This document shows, in pieces, positions 38,787 through 48,229 of a stretch of DNA of 64,000 nt. The first letter of the stretch is position 1. Each line of letters opens with the position of its first letter. Source of the stretch: an uncultured Chloroflexia bacterium (GTDB taxonomy: Bacteria > Chloroflexota > Limnocylindria > Limnocylindrales > CSP1-4); NCBI GenBank assembly GCA_963707215.1, contig CAVPPB010000003.1, positions 224,001-288,000 of the forward strand, read 5' to 3'. A program made the position numbers and the translations under genes. A model generated the notes under the pieces. The model was not told the origin of the DNA and made no database searches. It worked only from the letters and a program-made list of their open reading frames with translations.

Positions 38787-41093
38787 ATGCGCACGTACGC
38801 ACCCGCGACGGTCGAGACCGTCCTGCGGTCCCTGCTCGACGAGCCGTCCCTGGCCCGGGGCGTCGTCCATCACGAGGTCATCGAGGCTCGGGCGGCGACC
38901 TACGCCGACTTCCCCGACTGGCTCCACCCACGGATCAGGACGGCCCTCACGACGCGAGGCATCGAGCGCCTCTATACCCACCAGCGCGAGGCGATCGACA
39001 CGGTCCACGGTGGCCAGGACGTCGTCGTGGTCACCCCGACCGCCTCCGGCAAGACACTCACCTACCAGTTGCCCACCCTCCAGGCGATCCTCGACGACCC
39101 GGCCTCGCGGGCCCTGTTCCTCTTCCCCACCAAGGCCCTGGGCCAGGATCAGGTCGCCGAGCTGTCCGAGCTGGCCCGGGCGGCGGAGCTCGGGATCGCT
39201 GCCGCTACCTATGACGGCGACACGCCGGCGCCGATCCGTTCGGCCATCCGCCAGGCGGGCCAGGTCGTGGTGACGAACCCCGACATGCTCAACTCGGCGA
39301 TCCTGCCCCACCACACGAAGTGGTTCCAGCTCTTCGAGCAGCTCCGGGTCATCGTGATCGACGAGCTCCACACCTACCGCGGCGTCTTCGGCAGCCATGT
39401 CGCGAACGTGCTCCGGCGTCTCCTGCGCCTGTGCGCTCACTACGGCTCGAGCCCGGTCATCGTCTGCTCGTCGGCCACGATCGGCAACCCGGCCGAGCTG
39501 GCCCAGAGCCTGACCGGCCGAGCGGTCAGGCTCGTCGACCGCAGCGGCGCGCCCAGCGGCGAGCGCCATCTGCTCCTGGTGGACCCACCGGTCATCGACG
39601 CGGCCACGGGAGCCCGCGGCTCTGCCCTGACGCTGGCCCAGAGGTGGGCGCTGCCGTTCCTGCGGGCCGGCAATCAGACCATCGTCTTCGGACGCTCCCG
39701 GGTCGCCGTCGAGATCCTGCTCAGCGGCCTTCGGGAGACCCTCAGGGAGGGCTTCGGGCCGAGGACGCGGGTCCGCGGCTATCGAGGCGGCTACCTGCCG
39801 ACGGAGCGCCGGTCCATCGAGCGGGGCCTCCGCGACGGGGAGATCCTCGGGGTCGTGAGCACGAACGCGCTCGAGCTGGGGGTCGACATCGGACGCCTCG
39901 ACGTGTCCATCCTGGCCGGCTACCCGGGATCCATCGCGGCGACCTGGCAGCAGATCGGGCGGTCCGGCCGGCGCCTGGAGCCGAGCGTCTCGATCCTGGT
40001 CGCCTCCCCCGCCCCGGTCGACCAGTACGTGATCCATCACCCCGAGTTCCTGCTGGAGGGCAGCCCCGAGGAGGCTCGGGCGGATCCCGACAACCTCCAC
40101 GTCCTGCTGGCTCATCTCCGGGCGGCCGTCTTCGAGCGCCCCTTCGAGCCGGGCGAGGTCTTCGGGCCGGCGCCGGCCGACGACCTGCTGGCCTTCCTCG
40201 GCGAGGAGGGTCACGTCCGCCAGGCCGACGACGGCCGCTGGTACTGGTCCTCGGAGAACTTCCCGGCTTCCGAGATCAGCCTGCGGACCGCGGCGCCCGA
40301 GAACGTGGTCATCATCGACACCACGCCGGACCGACCCCGGGTCATCGGGGAGGTCGACCTGTTCAGCGCCCAGGTCCTCGTCCACACCCAGGCGATCTAT
40401 CTGCACGAGTCCGTCCAGTACCACGTCGACCTGCTCGACTGGCACGAGCGGAAGGCGTACGTCAAGCGGGTCGACGCCGACTACTACACCTACGCCAACC
40501 GAGCCGTCACCCTGAAGCCGCTCGACGTCTTCGCCGAAGCCACCGCGACGGGCGGACGCCGGGTCCACGGCGAGGTCATGGTCGCCAGCCTGGTGACCCT
40601 CTTCAAGAAGCTCAAGTTCGGCACGGACGAGAACGTCGGCTGGGGCCCCATCGACCTCCCCGAGCTCGAGCTCCAGACGACCGCCTACTGGCTGACCGCC
40701 GAGGAGGCCGGACAGGGCTGGCGGCGTGACGAGCTCGACGTCGCGCTGCTGGGCGCGGGACGGGCCATCCAGGCAGTAGCCAGCGTGCTGCTGATGGTCG
40801 ATCCCCGCGACCTCGGTCTCGTGAGCCAGGTCCGCTCGCCGCACCAGGAGGCCCCGACGATCTACCTCTACGAGGCGATGCCCGGTGGCATCGGGCTGTC
40901 GGAGCGCCTGTTCGCACGCCACGACGAGCTGGTCGTCGGCGCTGCCGAGCTCATCGGCGCCTGTAGCTGCGACGCCGGCTGTCCGGCCTGCACCGGTCCG
41001 CGGCTGGAGCCCGACGTCGATGCCAAGGGCCTCGCCCTGCGACTCCTGGCCGCGCTCGGAGCGGGTCGTCCCGTGGTCGCGGGCGCCCGATGA
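38787..41093 (+). CDS. mrfA: MrfA/YprA-like DEAH helicase with DUF1998 domain
   Basis: PTASGKT, DELH, SAT, TNALELGVDIG, QQIGRSGR, C-terminal CSCDAGCPAC. Confidence 0.9.
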   Translation: MRTYAPATVETVLRSLLDEPSLARGVVHHEVIEARAATYADFPDWLHPRIRTALTTRGIERLYTHQREAIDTVHGGQDVVVVTPTASGKTLTYQLPTLQAILDDPASRALFLFPTKALGQDQVAELSELARAAELGIAAATYDGDTPAPIRSAIRQAGQVVVTNPDMLNSAILPHHTKWFQLFEQLRVIVIDELHTYRGVFGSHVANVLRRLLRLCAHYGSSPVIVCSSATIGNPAELAQSLTGRAVRLVDRSGAPSGERHLLLVDPPVIDAATGARGSALTLAQRWALPFLRAGNQTIVFGRSRVAVEILLSGLRETLREGFGPRTRVRGYRGGYLPTERRSIERGLRDGEILGVVSTNALELGVDIGRLDVSILAGYPGSIAATWQQIGRSGRRLEPSVSILVASPAPVDQYVIHHPEFLLEGSPEEARADPDNLHVLLAHLRAAVFERPFEPGEVFGPAPADDLLAFLGEEGHVRQADDGRWYWSSENFPASEISLRTAAPENVVIIDTTPDRPRVIGEVDLFSAQVLVHTQAIYLHESVQYHVDLLDWHERKAYVKRVDADYYTYANRAVTLKPLDVFAEATATGGRRVHGEVMVASLVTLFKKLKFGTDENVGWGPIDLPELELQTTAYWLTAEEAGQGWRRDELDVALLGAGRAIQAVASVLLMVDPRDLGLVSQVRSPHQEAPTIYLYEAMPGGIGLSERLFARHDELVVGAAELIGACSCDAGCPACTGPRLEPDVDAKGLALRLLAALGAGRPVVAGAR

Positions 41094-42517
41094 GCGCCTC
41101 CGGTCCACTCCCCGAGGGCGGCGGCCCCGGCTCAGCGGCGGATGATCTCCAGGCCCGCCTGGCTCGGTTCCGGGCGGCCCGTCAGACCGACGACCCGGGA
41201 CCGCAGCGGGCACTTGCCCGGCGCCCTCGGCCGGCGCCCGGGATGCTGGCCGGGCGCCTCGCGGAGCTGCTCGACGGCTGGGTCGAGAGGAGCGAGCACG
41301 GCAGCCTGGTCCGTGTCGAGCCACCACCGCGCCGGATCGCCCTCGACCGCGAGCTCCTGGCCCGCATGCCCGGTGGCCCTCCGGCCGACGCCCCGCTCGT
41401 GTGCCTCGACACCGAGACGACCGGGCTGGGAACGGCCACGGGCACGCTGGCCTTCCTGGTCGGCCTCGGCTGGTGGGAGGGTGACGATCGGTTCCAGCAG
41501 GCCCAGCTCCTGATCGCCGACCACGCCGACGAGCCGGCTCTGCTGGCGGCCCTGGCCGCGGCTATCCCGTCCGACTCGTGGCTGGTGACGTACAATGGGC
41601 GGACCTTCGACTGGCCGCTCCTCGAGACGCGCTACCGGCTGCGGCGGGACGACCCGCCGCCGCTGGCCGGCCACGTCGACCTCCTGCCGCTGGCCCGCCG
41701 GCTGTTCCGCCACCGACTCGACGATGCGCGCCTCCGATCCGTGGAGACCGGCGTGCTCGGCATCCGGCGGTCGCGCGACGTCGAGGGCTGGCAGATACCC
41801 GGCCTCTACCTCGGGGCGCTGCGCGGCGACGACCCGACGACCCTCGCCCAGGTCGTCCGTCACAACGACGTCGACGTGCGCTCGCTGGCCGCCCTGCTGG
41901 CCCACCTCGGGACCAGCCTCCTCGACCCCGCCGGTCGAGCGGGGGCGCCGGCCGGCGACCTGGCCGGCCTCGGCAGGCTGTACCGGCGATCCGGCCGGAT
42001 CGACGAGGCCCTCGAGCTCGTCGAGGCTGCCATCGCGACCTACGACGAGCCGGTCCGCGATCCGTTCGGGCACGGAGCGGCGATCGCTCCGGATGGGGCG
42101 CGAGAGGCATCGCGCCCGGTCCGGCACGTCCCTCCCTGGGACCTTGTCCGACTCCGATCGGAGCAGGCTCGACTACTTCGGCGCACGGGTCGTGACCACG
42201 AGGCAGAGCGGGCGTGGCTGGCCGCGGCGACCGCCGCCGGAGGGAGTCGCAGCGCGGTCCACGCCTGGATCGAGGTCGCCAAGTGTCGCGAACGCGCGCT
42301 CGGCGACCTGGCAGGAGCGCTCGAAGCCGCCCTGCGCGCCGGCCGGCTCCTGGAACGGACGCGCGCCCTTGGTCGCCCGGAACCGCTCCTCGAGGCGCGG
42401 ACCGGAGCCCGGGTCGAGCGGATCCGGCGCCGCCTCAGCCGGGCTGGGACTGGTCGAGCCCCGGCTCACGCCCGGCGACCGCGCGCTGCCCCAGCGATGA
42501 ACGAAGCCGGGCGATGA
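41090..42517 (+). CDS. mrfB: MrfB/YprB-like RNase H-fold exonuclease with helical repeat C-terminus
   Basis: LDTETTGL, VTYNGRTFDWP, HVDLL, HNDVDV; ATGA overlap with mrfA. Confidence 0.85.
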   Translation: MSASGPLPEGGGPGSAADDLQARLARFRAARQTDDPGPQRALARRPRPAPGMLAGRLAELLDGWVERSEHGSLVRVEPPPRRIALDRELLARMPGGPPADAPLVCLDTETTGLGTATGTLAFLVGLGWWEGDDRFQQAQLLIADHADEPALLAALAAAIPSDSWLVTYNGRTFDWPLLETRYRLRRDDPPPLAGHVDLLPLARRLFRHRLDDARLRSVETGVLGIRRSRDVEGWQIPGLYLGALRGDDPTTLAQVVRHNDVDVRSLAALLAHLGTSLLDPAGRAGAPAGDLAGLGRLYRRSGRIDEALELVEAAIATYDEPVRDPFGHGAAIAPDGAREASRPVRHVPPWDLVRLRSEQARLLRRTGRDHEAERAWLAAATAAGGSRSAVHAWIEVAKCRERALGDLAGALEAALRAGRLLERTRALGRPEPLLEARTGARVERIRRRLSRAGTGRAPAHARRPRAAPAMNEAGR

Positions 42518-43445
42518 CAGCCTGCCGCTCCGGGACACCAGCCAGGCCCGGACCCTCGACGACGAGAGACGCCATGACGGCACCGAGCCGGAGGTCCCAG
42601 CCGCCTTCCGTCCGGCCTCCGACCAACCGGGGCTCCAGCCGGGCGGCCAGAACGCCCGCCAGGAAGCTGTCACCCGCGCCGACGGGGTCGACCAGGCGAG
42701 TGGACGGGATGATCCCGTAGTTACGGAGCCGCTCCGGACCGTCGGGGCCGGCCACCATCGCGAGCCCACCCTGGCGCCCGGCGGTCACGATCAGCTCGGC
42801 ACCCGGGTGCAGCAGGCGGCAGAGCGAGGTCAGCCCCAGGCCAGGGTCGAGGTCATCGCGACTCACCCCGACCAGATCGGCCCGGGTGAGCAGGCGCGAC
42901 GCGGAAGGTTCGCGGCGCCGGACCGGACCCGGCTCGCTCAGCTCCCGGAGGAGCCCCTGCCAGCCGAGGCCGACGAGTCCGTCCGGGGGCACGACGTCGG
43001 CCCAGTCGTCGGCGACCTCGGCAGCCACCGGCGCGATCATCCAGCCCGAAGCGTCGCTCCAGGCGGCGGGGAGCGCGTCGGCGGGAACCCGATCCGAGAT
43101 CGAGCGGGCCTCCTGGACCCGCCCCGACGGCGTTTCGACGTTCTCGAAGACCGGCCCATGCTCAAGGGGCACCAGGTGGAGGTCGACGCCGGCGATCCGC
43201 AGCAGGTCGAGCTCGATCGCGCCGGCGGCGGGTCCGTCGACCCCCATCACGGCCCCGGTGCGCAGACCGAGGCGGGCCAGGGCCAGGGCTGCGTAGGTCA
43301 CCCCGCCTCCCAGGCGCCAGCCCCTGGGATCGTCGGCCACCACGTCTCGGCTGGCGACCCCGACGACGACGACGTCGGGCACCTCACCCGCCGTGGCGTC
43401 GGTGGTCGCGGCGACCGCCTCGTATACTGGCTGCCCGGCCGTCAC
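42435..43445 (-). CDS. PfkB family carbohydrate kinase (start uncertain)
   Basis: LGGGVTY, VTAGRQG, DPVGAGDSF. Confidence 0.85.
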   Translation of the reverse strand: MTAGQPVYEAVAATTDATAGEVPDVVVVGVASRDVVADDPRGWRLGGGVTYAALALARLGLRTGAVMGVDGPAAGAIELDLLRIAGVDLHLVPLEHGPVFENVETPSGRVQEARSISDRVPADALPAAWSDASGWMIAPVAAEVADDWADVVPPDGLVGLGWQGLLRELSEPGPVRRREPSASRLLTRADLVGVSRDDLDPGLGLTSLCRLLHPGAELIVTAGRQGGLAMVAGPDGPERLRNYGIIPSTRLVDPVGAGDSFLAGVLAARLEPRLVGGRTEGGWDLRLGAVMASLVVEGPGLAGVPERQAVIARLRSSLGQRAVAGREPGLDQSQPG

Positions 43446-43471
43446 CCGACGGCCCCTGCGGTGGGATCCCG

Positions 43472-43828
43472 GTGCACGTCTACGCTCTCCAGGAAGGGGA
43501 GGACGACCTCTTCCAAGACATCTACCTCATCCGCGAGGAGCCCATCGAGCCCGAGGACTTCTTCGAGCTCGTCCAGGGGATCCGCCGGCGGATCCAGGAC
43601 TCGTTCGAGGACGATACCCTCGTGGAGGCCATCGCGGGCGTCCTGGAGGGTGAGCATGGCTTCGTCGCCCTGACCGACGATCGGATCGACGCCGCCGTCC
43701 AGATCTCGACCGAGGAGGACGGCAACCACCTCATCGTTCTCGACGAGCTCGATGATGCCGGTGCCGACGACGCCGACTACCGCGCCATCCTCGCCGATTT
43801 CGACGCCGGGACCGGCCGTCTCGACTGA
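43472..43828 (+). CDS. Small, very acidic hypothetical protein
   Basis: Natural-looking composition, upstream TATACT at 43423-43428 and a downstream hairpin. Confidence 0.65.
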   Translation: MHVYALQEGEDDLFQDIYLIREEPIEPEDFFELVQGIRRRIQDSFEDDTLVEAIAGVLEGEHGFVALTDDRIDAAVQISTEEDGNHLIVLDELDDAGADDADYRAILADFDAGTGRLD

Positions 43829-43840
43829 CCGGCGCGCCGG

Positions 43841-43880
43841 CGCGGGTCTCCGGACCCGGACCCCACCGTCCGGACCCGCG
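43841..43880. terminator. Imperfect hairpin between convergent genes
   Basis: CGCGGGTCTCCGGAC...GTCCGGACCCGCG. Confidence 0.45.
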
Positions 43881-43881
43881 A

Positions 43882-44985
43882 TCAGCGGCTGAACAGCACC
43901 TCGATCACGTCGCCGTCCCGGACCTCGGCGGTCTTGCCCTCGGATCGGAGCTTGCCGTGCCGGCGGGCCTCGGCGATCGAGCCGAGCTCGACGAGGTCCT
44001 CGTACGCGACGACCTCCGCCCGGATGAAACCGTGGGCAAGGTCGGTATGGATCGTGCCGGCCGCGTCGACGGCCGTCGCGCCCTCGCGGACGGGCCAGGC
44101 CCGGACCTCGTCCGGCCCGGCGGTCAGGAAGCTGATCAGGCCCAGCAGCCGGTAGCTCAGGCGGATGACCCGATCCAGGCTCGACTCCCTCAATCCATAC
44201 GCGTCCATCAGGTCGGTCGCCTCGGCAGGATCCAGCTCGCCGAGCTCCATCTCGATGCGGGCCGACAGGGCGTCGACAAGCGCATGCCGGTGGCCATACC
44301 CGGCAGACAGCCCCGCGACGATCTCGGAGGCCCGGGCGAGGTCGTCCTCGCCGAGGTTCACGAGGACGAGGACCGGCTTCTGGGTCAGGAACCGGAACCC
44401 GCGGATCGCTTTCTCCTCGTCGGGCTCCAGGAGCACGTCGCGGATCGGCGTCCCAGCCTCGAGGGCCGCCTTCAGGCGGACCAGGATCGCCTCCTCACGC
44501 TCGTTGGCTTCCCGCTCGGCCGGCGTCCCGTGGCGACCGCTCGACTGGAGGCGCTCGAGGCGCCGGTCGCAGAGGGCCAGGTCGGCGAGCATGAACTCGA
44601 GGTCCAGCTGCTCGAGGTCGCGGGCCGGGTCGACGGAGCCGGCCGGATGCGGATGGACCGGGTCGTCCCAGGCCCGGACGACGTGCACGAGGGCGTCGGC
44701 CTCCCGGAGCCTGGCCAGGTGCTCGGCGGGCAGCTCCTCGGTCCCGATACGGCCCTCGGACGATGCGGGCGGTGCCGGCAGATCGACGTAGGTGACATCG
44801 GCGTTGACGATCTTCCTGGGCTTGAAGATCTCGGCCAGCCGATAGAGCCGCTCGTCCGGGACCTTCACCGTCCCCACGTGGAGCTCCATGCCACCATAGC
44901 CGCCGGTCTGGGCGTGGCCGCGCGTCAGCGTATTGAAGACGGTGGTCTTGCCGGCGGCAGCGAGACCGACGATCGCGATCTGCAT
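43882..44985 (-). CDS. ychF: Ribosome-binding ATPase YchF
   Basis: IVGLAAAGKTTVFN, VPDERL, FLTQKP, FLTAGPDEVRAW, AGTIHTD, GFIRAEV, DGDVI. Confidence 0.92.
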   Translation of the reverse strand: MQIAIVGLAAAGKTTVFNTLTRGHAQTGGYGGMELHVGTVKVPDERLYRLAEIFKPRKIVNADVTYVDLPAPPASSEGRIGTEELPAEHLARLREADALVHVVRAWDDPVHPHPAGSVDPARDLEQLDLEFMLADLALCDRRLERLQSSGRHGTPAEREANEREEAILVRLKAALEAGTPIRDVLLEPDEEKAIRGFRFLTQKPVLVLVNLGEDDLARASEIVAGLSAGYGHRHALVDALSARIEMELGELDPAEATDLMDAYGLRESSLDRVIRLSYRLLGLISFLTAGPDEVRAWPVREGATAVDAAGTIHTDLAHGFIRAEVVAYEDLVELGSIAEARRHGKLRSEGKTAEVRDGDVIEVLFSR

Positions 44986-44989
44986 CGGC

Positions 44990-46081
44990 TCAGTAGCCGA
45001 CCGCCGGGTCGACCACGTTGAGCAGCGGACGACCGTCGCTGAAGCGGCGCAGGTTCTCGCAGAACAGGCCCACGCTGCGATCCAGGACTCGTCCGCTGGA
45101 CCAGGACGTGTGGGGCGTCACGATGACGTTGGGCAGGTCGTAGAAGGGCGAGGTCGGCGGCAGCGGCTCCTCGCGGAACGCGTCGAGCACCGCCCCGCCG
45201 AGGGGGCCCTCGACGAGGGCCCGCAGCAGCGCCCGCTCGTCGATGAGCCGGCCCCGGGCGACGTTGATGAGCCACGCCCCGGGCTTGACGTGCGACAGGG
45301 CGGCCTCGTCGATCATGTTCTCGGTCTCGGGCGTCAGCGGCGCGGCCAGCACGATGAAGTCCGAATTGGCGAGCAGGTCCGGCAGCGACTCGGGGCCCAG
45401 GACCCGGTCGAGCATGACCTCGCCGAGCGGCCGTTCGTCGTCATGACCATGGGCTTCGTGATGGCCCTGGCCATGCGCCGGCCCGCTGCCTGCCTCGGTC
45501 CGCCGTCGGATCGCCACGACCCGACAGCCGAAGGCCGTCGCGAGGGCGCCGACCGCCCGACCGATCGAGCCCAGCCCGACGATGCCGACGGTGACGTCCC
45601 GGAGCTCGGCGCCCTCGAGCGGCTGCCAGGTCCGCTCGCGCTGGAGCTCGAGCAGCTGGGGCAGTCGTCGGGTCACGGCGAGGATCATCAGCATCACGTA
45701 CTCGGCGATCGGCCGCGAGAAGACGCCGCGCGCATTGGTGATGACGAGATTGCGGTCGAGGCTGGTCGGCGTCAGGACCCGTTCGACACCGGCCGAGGCC
45801 GAATGGACCCAGCGCATCCGGGGCGCTCGTGACAGGACCCGGTCGAACGCCTCGGCCGAAAGGAAGCCGCGCAAGAGGACCTCGACGTCGTCGAGTGGCC
45901 CGTCGGCGAGACCCTCGACCGAGACGGTCACGATCCGCGACCCGGGGGCCGCCTCGCGGATGCGCTCCAGGTCCCGGGATCGCCAGCGAGCCGAGAGGAT
46001 GGGGCTCAGGGCGATCGCCGTCGGCACGCCGTCCGGCCCGTCCCCGGGCCCCGGCTCGCGCCGGAGCGCGTCGTGACTCAT
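44990..46081 (-). CDS. D-2-hydroxyacid dehydrogenase family protein
   Basis: SAGVE, TNARGV, GLGSIG, INVARG, DAFREEP, TPH. Confidence 0.9.
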   Translation of the reverse strand: MSHDALRREPGPGDGPDGVPTAIALSPILSARWRSRDLERIREAAPGSRIVTVSVEGLADGPLDDVEVLLRGFLSAEAFDRVLSRAPRMRWVHSASAGVERVLTPTSLDRNLVITNARGVFSRPIAEYVMLMILAVTRRLPQLLELQRERTWQPLEGAELRDVTVGIVGLGSIGRAVGALATAFGCRVVAIRRRTEAGSGPAHGQGHHEAHGHDDERPLGEVMLDRVLGPESLPDLLANSDFIVLAAPLTPETENMIDEAALSHVKPGAWLINVARGRLIDERALLRALVEGPLGGAVLDAFREEPLPPTSPFYDLPNVIVTPHTSWSSGRVLDRSVGLFCENLRRFSDGRPLLNVVDPAVGY

Positions 46082-47295
46082 GGCCTGATCGCTCCGGGCA
46101 GGAGCCGCCCGCCCCTGTCGTCGAGGACCCGGGTGACCCAGCGGTCCGGGGCGTCGATCTCGGCCGGAGTCGGCAGGGTCTCGGGCCCGTCCCACAGGCG
46201 GCGCAGGGCCTCGCTGCCGCGCGCCGCCGCGACGGCAGCCACGAACCGCTCCCCCTTCCGGTACTGCTCGAGCTTCAGGTCCATGCCGGTCAGGCGAAGC
46301 ATGGCACGCTCGGTCGCCGTCCGTCGCTGTCGTCGCTCATGGAAGCGGGCACTGATCCGCTCAACGCCGGGCACGATCGACTTCCCGACCGAATCCATCA
46401 CGTGGTCGCTGAAGCCCTCGAGGAGGCTCATGACCGCCTGGGTCTCACGGAAGCTGCGGGCCTGCTCGGCGCCCATCAGGCGCTCGATCCAGTGGTCGCC
46501 GCTCCCCTCCCCGCGCAGCCACCGCCCGATCGACTGGACGGCATCCTTCCCCAGCGATCCGGCGTCGGAGAAGGCAGCCAGCTGCGACTCCAGGCGCTGG
46601 GCAAGGTACGGTCGAAGCCACGGATGGGCCTCGAACTCGAAGGCGTGGGTCGTCTCGTGGAGGGCGATCCAGGTCCGGAAGGCGGTCAGAGGGACCCCGA
46701 GGCTGCGGGCCGTCTGGCGGATGTTCTCCTCGACGAAGAGCAACCGCCCGGGCGTCGTCTCGGCCGAGAGGATGGCGAGATCGTACTGGCCGAGGACCCG
46801 CTGGCCCATGAAGCCGAGCAGGAAGCCGAGTTGACGGGTCGTGATCCAGCGGTTGGCGATGGCGACCATCGACTTGGGCAGGCCCGCCTCCGGCGGCACG
46901 AGCTGGTCGAGCAGGTGGTGCTCCAGCCGTCCCATGATCGACTCGAAGCCGACGATGTTGGCCTGGACCCAGCCGGCCCGATCGACGACTCCGACCCGAT
47001 CGACGACCCCCGGGAGCTCCACGCCCAGGGCGTCCGTGAGGGCCGGGACGACGCGTTCCATGGCAGCCGCATAGCGGGACTCGACGGACCGGAGCTCCGA
47101 CGCCGGCAGCGCTCCGGGCGCCCGGCGGAGCCGCTCCGTCGCGATCCGCTCAACCGTCGGCCAGTCCACGAGCCCCTGGCGAGCGGACCTCTCGGCTCGA
47201 CGGCCGAGGATCGTGATCGCCGCGCCGAAGGCGGCTCCGACGACGAGCCCTGCCTGCCAGACGCGGTCCTCGGGGAGGACCCGTCGACCGCTCAT
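46078..47295 (-). CDS. Zinc-dependent metalloprotease (DUF2342/Zincin_2 family)
   Basis: DRAGWVQAN, VLGQYD, WIALHETTH, MSLLEGFSDHVMD, KLEQY. Confidence 0.83.
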   Translation of the reverse strand: MSGRRVLPEDRVWQAGLVVGAAFGAAITILGRRAERSARQGLVDWPTVERIATERLRRAPGALPASELRSVESRYAAAMERVVPALTDALGVELPGVVDRVGVVDRAGWVQANIVGFESIMGRLEHHLLDQLVPPEAGLPKSMVAIANRWITTRQLGFLLGFMGQRVLGQYDLAILSAETTPGRLLFVEENIRQTARSLGVPLTAFRTWIALHETTHAFEFEAHPWLRPYLAQRLESQLAAFSDAGSLGKDAVQSIGRWLRGEGSGDHWIERLMGAEQARSFRETQAVMSLLEGFSDHVMDSVGKSIVPGVERISARFHERRQRRTATERAMLRLTGMDLKLEQYRKGERFVAAVAAARGSEALRRLWDGPETLPTPAEIDAPDRWVTRVLDDRGGRLLPGAIRP

Positions 47296-48224
47296 CGAGC
47301 GCCAGGCACGGCCGGATCCAGGACCGTGGCCTCGGCCGGGGGAAGGGCGTCGGCGCCGAAGAGCCGCCTGGCGACCGACTCGAACGACTCGACGGGACCC
47401 GTCGTGAGGACTCGATGGAGGGTCGGTCCGCGCCGGTCCCGGGGTGGCTCGTGGCCCTCGAGCCCGGCGTCGGCGGCCGTGCCGCGCGTCGTGCCCGGTG
47501 CCTCGAGGCCGTTGACCGCCAGCAACTCGGCGAGCGCCCCCGCGGTCGCCGTCGCCGAGTCGACGATGGCGACCCGTTCGCCGACCGTCTCGGCGATGAG
47601 CGGCCGCAGCAGTGGGTAGTGGGTGCAGCCCAGGAGCAGGGTGTCGATCCGCGCCGAGGGAGGCAGGGGGAAGATGAACTCGCCGTCGGGATCGCGCTCG
47701 CCGAGCAGGGGCGCGAGCGCCTCGCGGATCGTGGCCTCGGCCTCCGGGCCGTCGAGCCGGCCGGCCTCGACCATCGGGACCAGGGCCGGCGTGGCGTGCT
47801 CGTAGACCTCGACCGCGGGGTTCTCGTCCTTGATGGCCATGAAGTAGGCTCGCGATCGCACCGTCGCCGGGGTGGCCACCACGCCGACCCGTCGGCTGCG
47901 GGTGGCGAGCGCCGCGGCGACCGCGCCGGGCCGGACGACGCCCAGGATCGGCAGGTCGTAGCGGCGCCGGAGGTCGGGCAGCGCGACCGCCGTGGAGGTG
48001 TTGCAGGCGACGACGACGGCCTTGACGTCGAGATCGGCGAGCCGGTCGAGGGCCTGGGCGGAGAAGGCTCGCACCTCGTCGTCCGAGCGGGTCCCGTAGG
48101 GCGCCCGGGCGTTGTCGCCGAGGTAGATCGTCGATTCGCTCGGCAGGCGACGATGGATCTCGCTGAGGACCGTCAGGCCGCCGACGCCGGAGTCGAAGAC
48201 GCCGATCGGGCGCGGGTCCGCCAC
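47292..48224 (-). CDS. murI: Glutamate racemase
   Basis: FDSGVGGL, PYG, ACNTS, LGCTHYP. Confidence 0.94.
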   Translation of the reverse strand: MADPRPIGVFDSGVGGLTVLSEIHRRLPSESTIYLGDNARAPYGTRSDDEVRAFSAQALDRLADLDVKAVVVACNTSTAVALPDLRRRYDLPILGVVRPGAVAAALATRSRRVGVVATPATVRSRAYFMAIKDENPAVEVYEHATPALVPMVEAGRLDGPEAEATIREALAPLLGERDPDGEFIFPLPPSARIDTLLLGCTHYPLLRPLIAETVGERVAIVDSATATAGALAELLAVNGLEAPGTTRGTAADAGLEGHEPPRDRRGPTLHRVLTTGPVESFESVARRLFGADALPPAEATVLDPAVPGAR

Positions 48225-48229
48225 CGAGC

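Noticed and set aside
38787-42517. DUF1998 helicase as a DISARM/Druantia/Dpd defence system
   Set aside because: The partner is a YprB-type exonuclease, and no methylase, PLD or SNF2 gene is adjacent; this fits MrfAB repair.
43442-43729. Minus-strand 95-aa ORF overlapping the pfkB start
   Set aside because: It is antisense to the better-supported acidic plus-strand gene, which has its own -10 and terminator.
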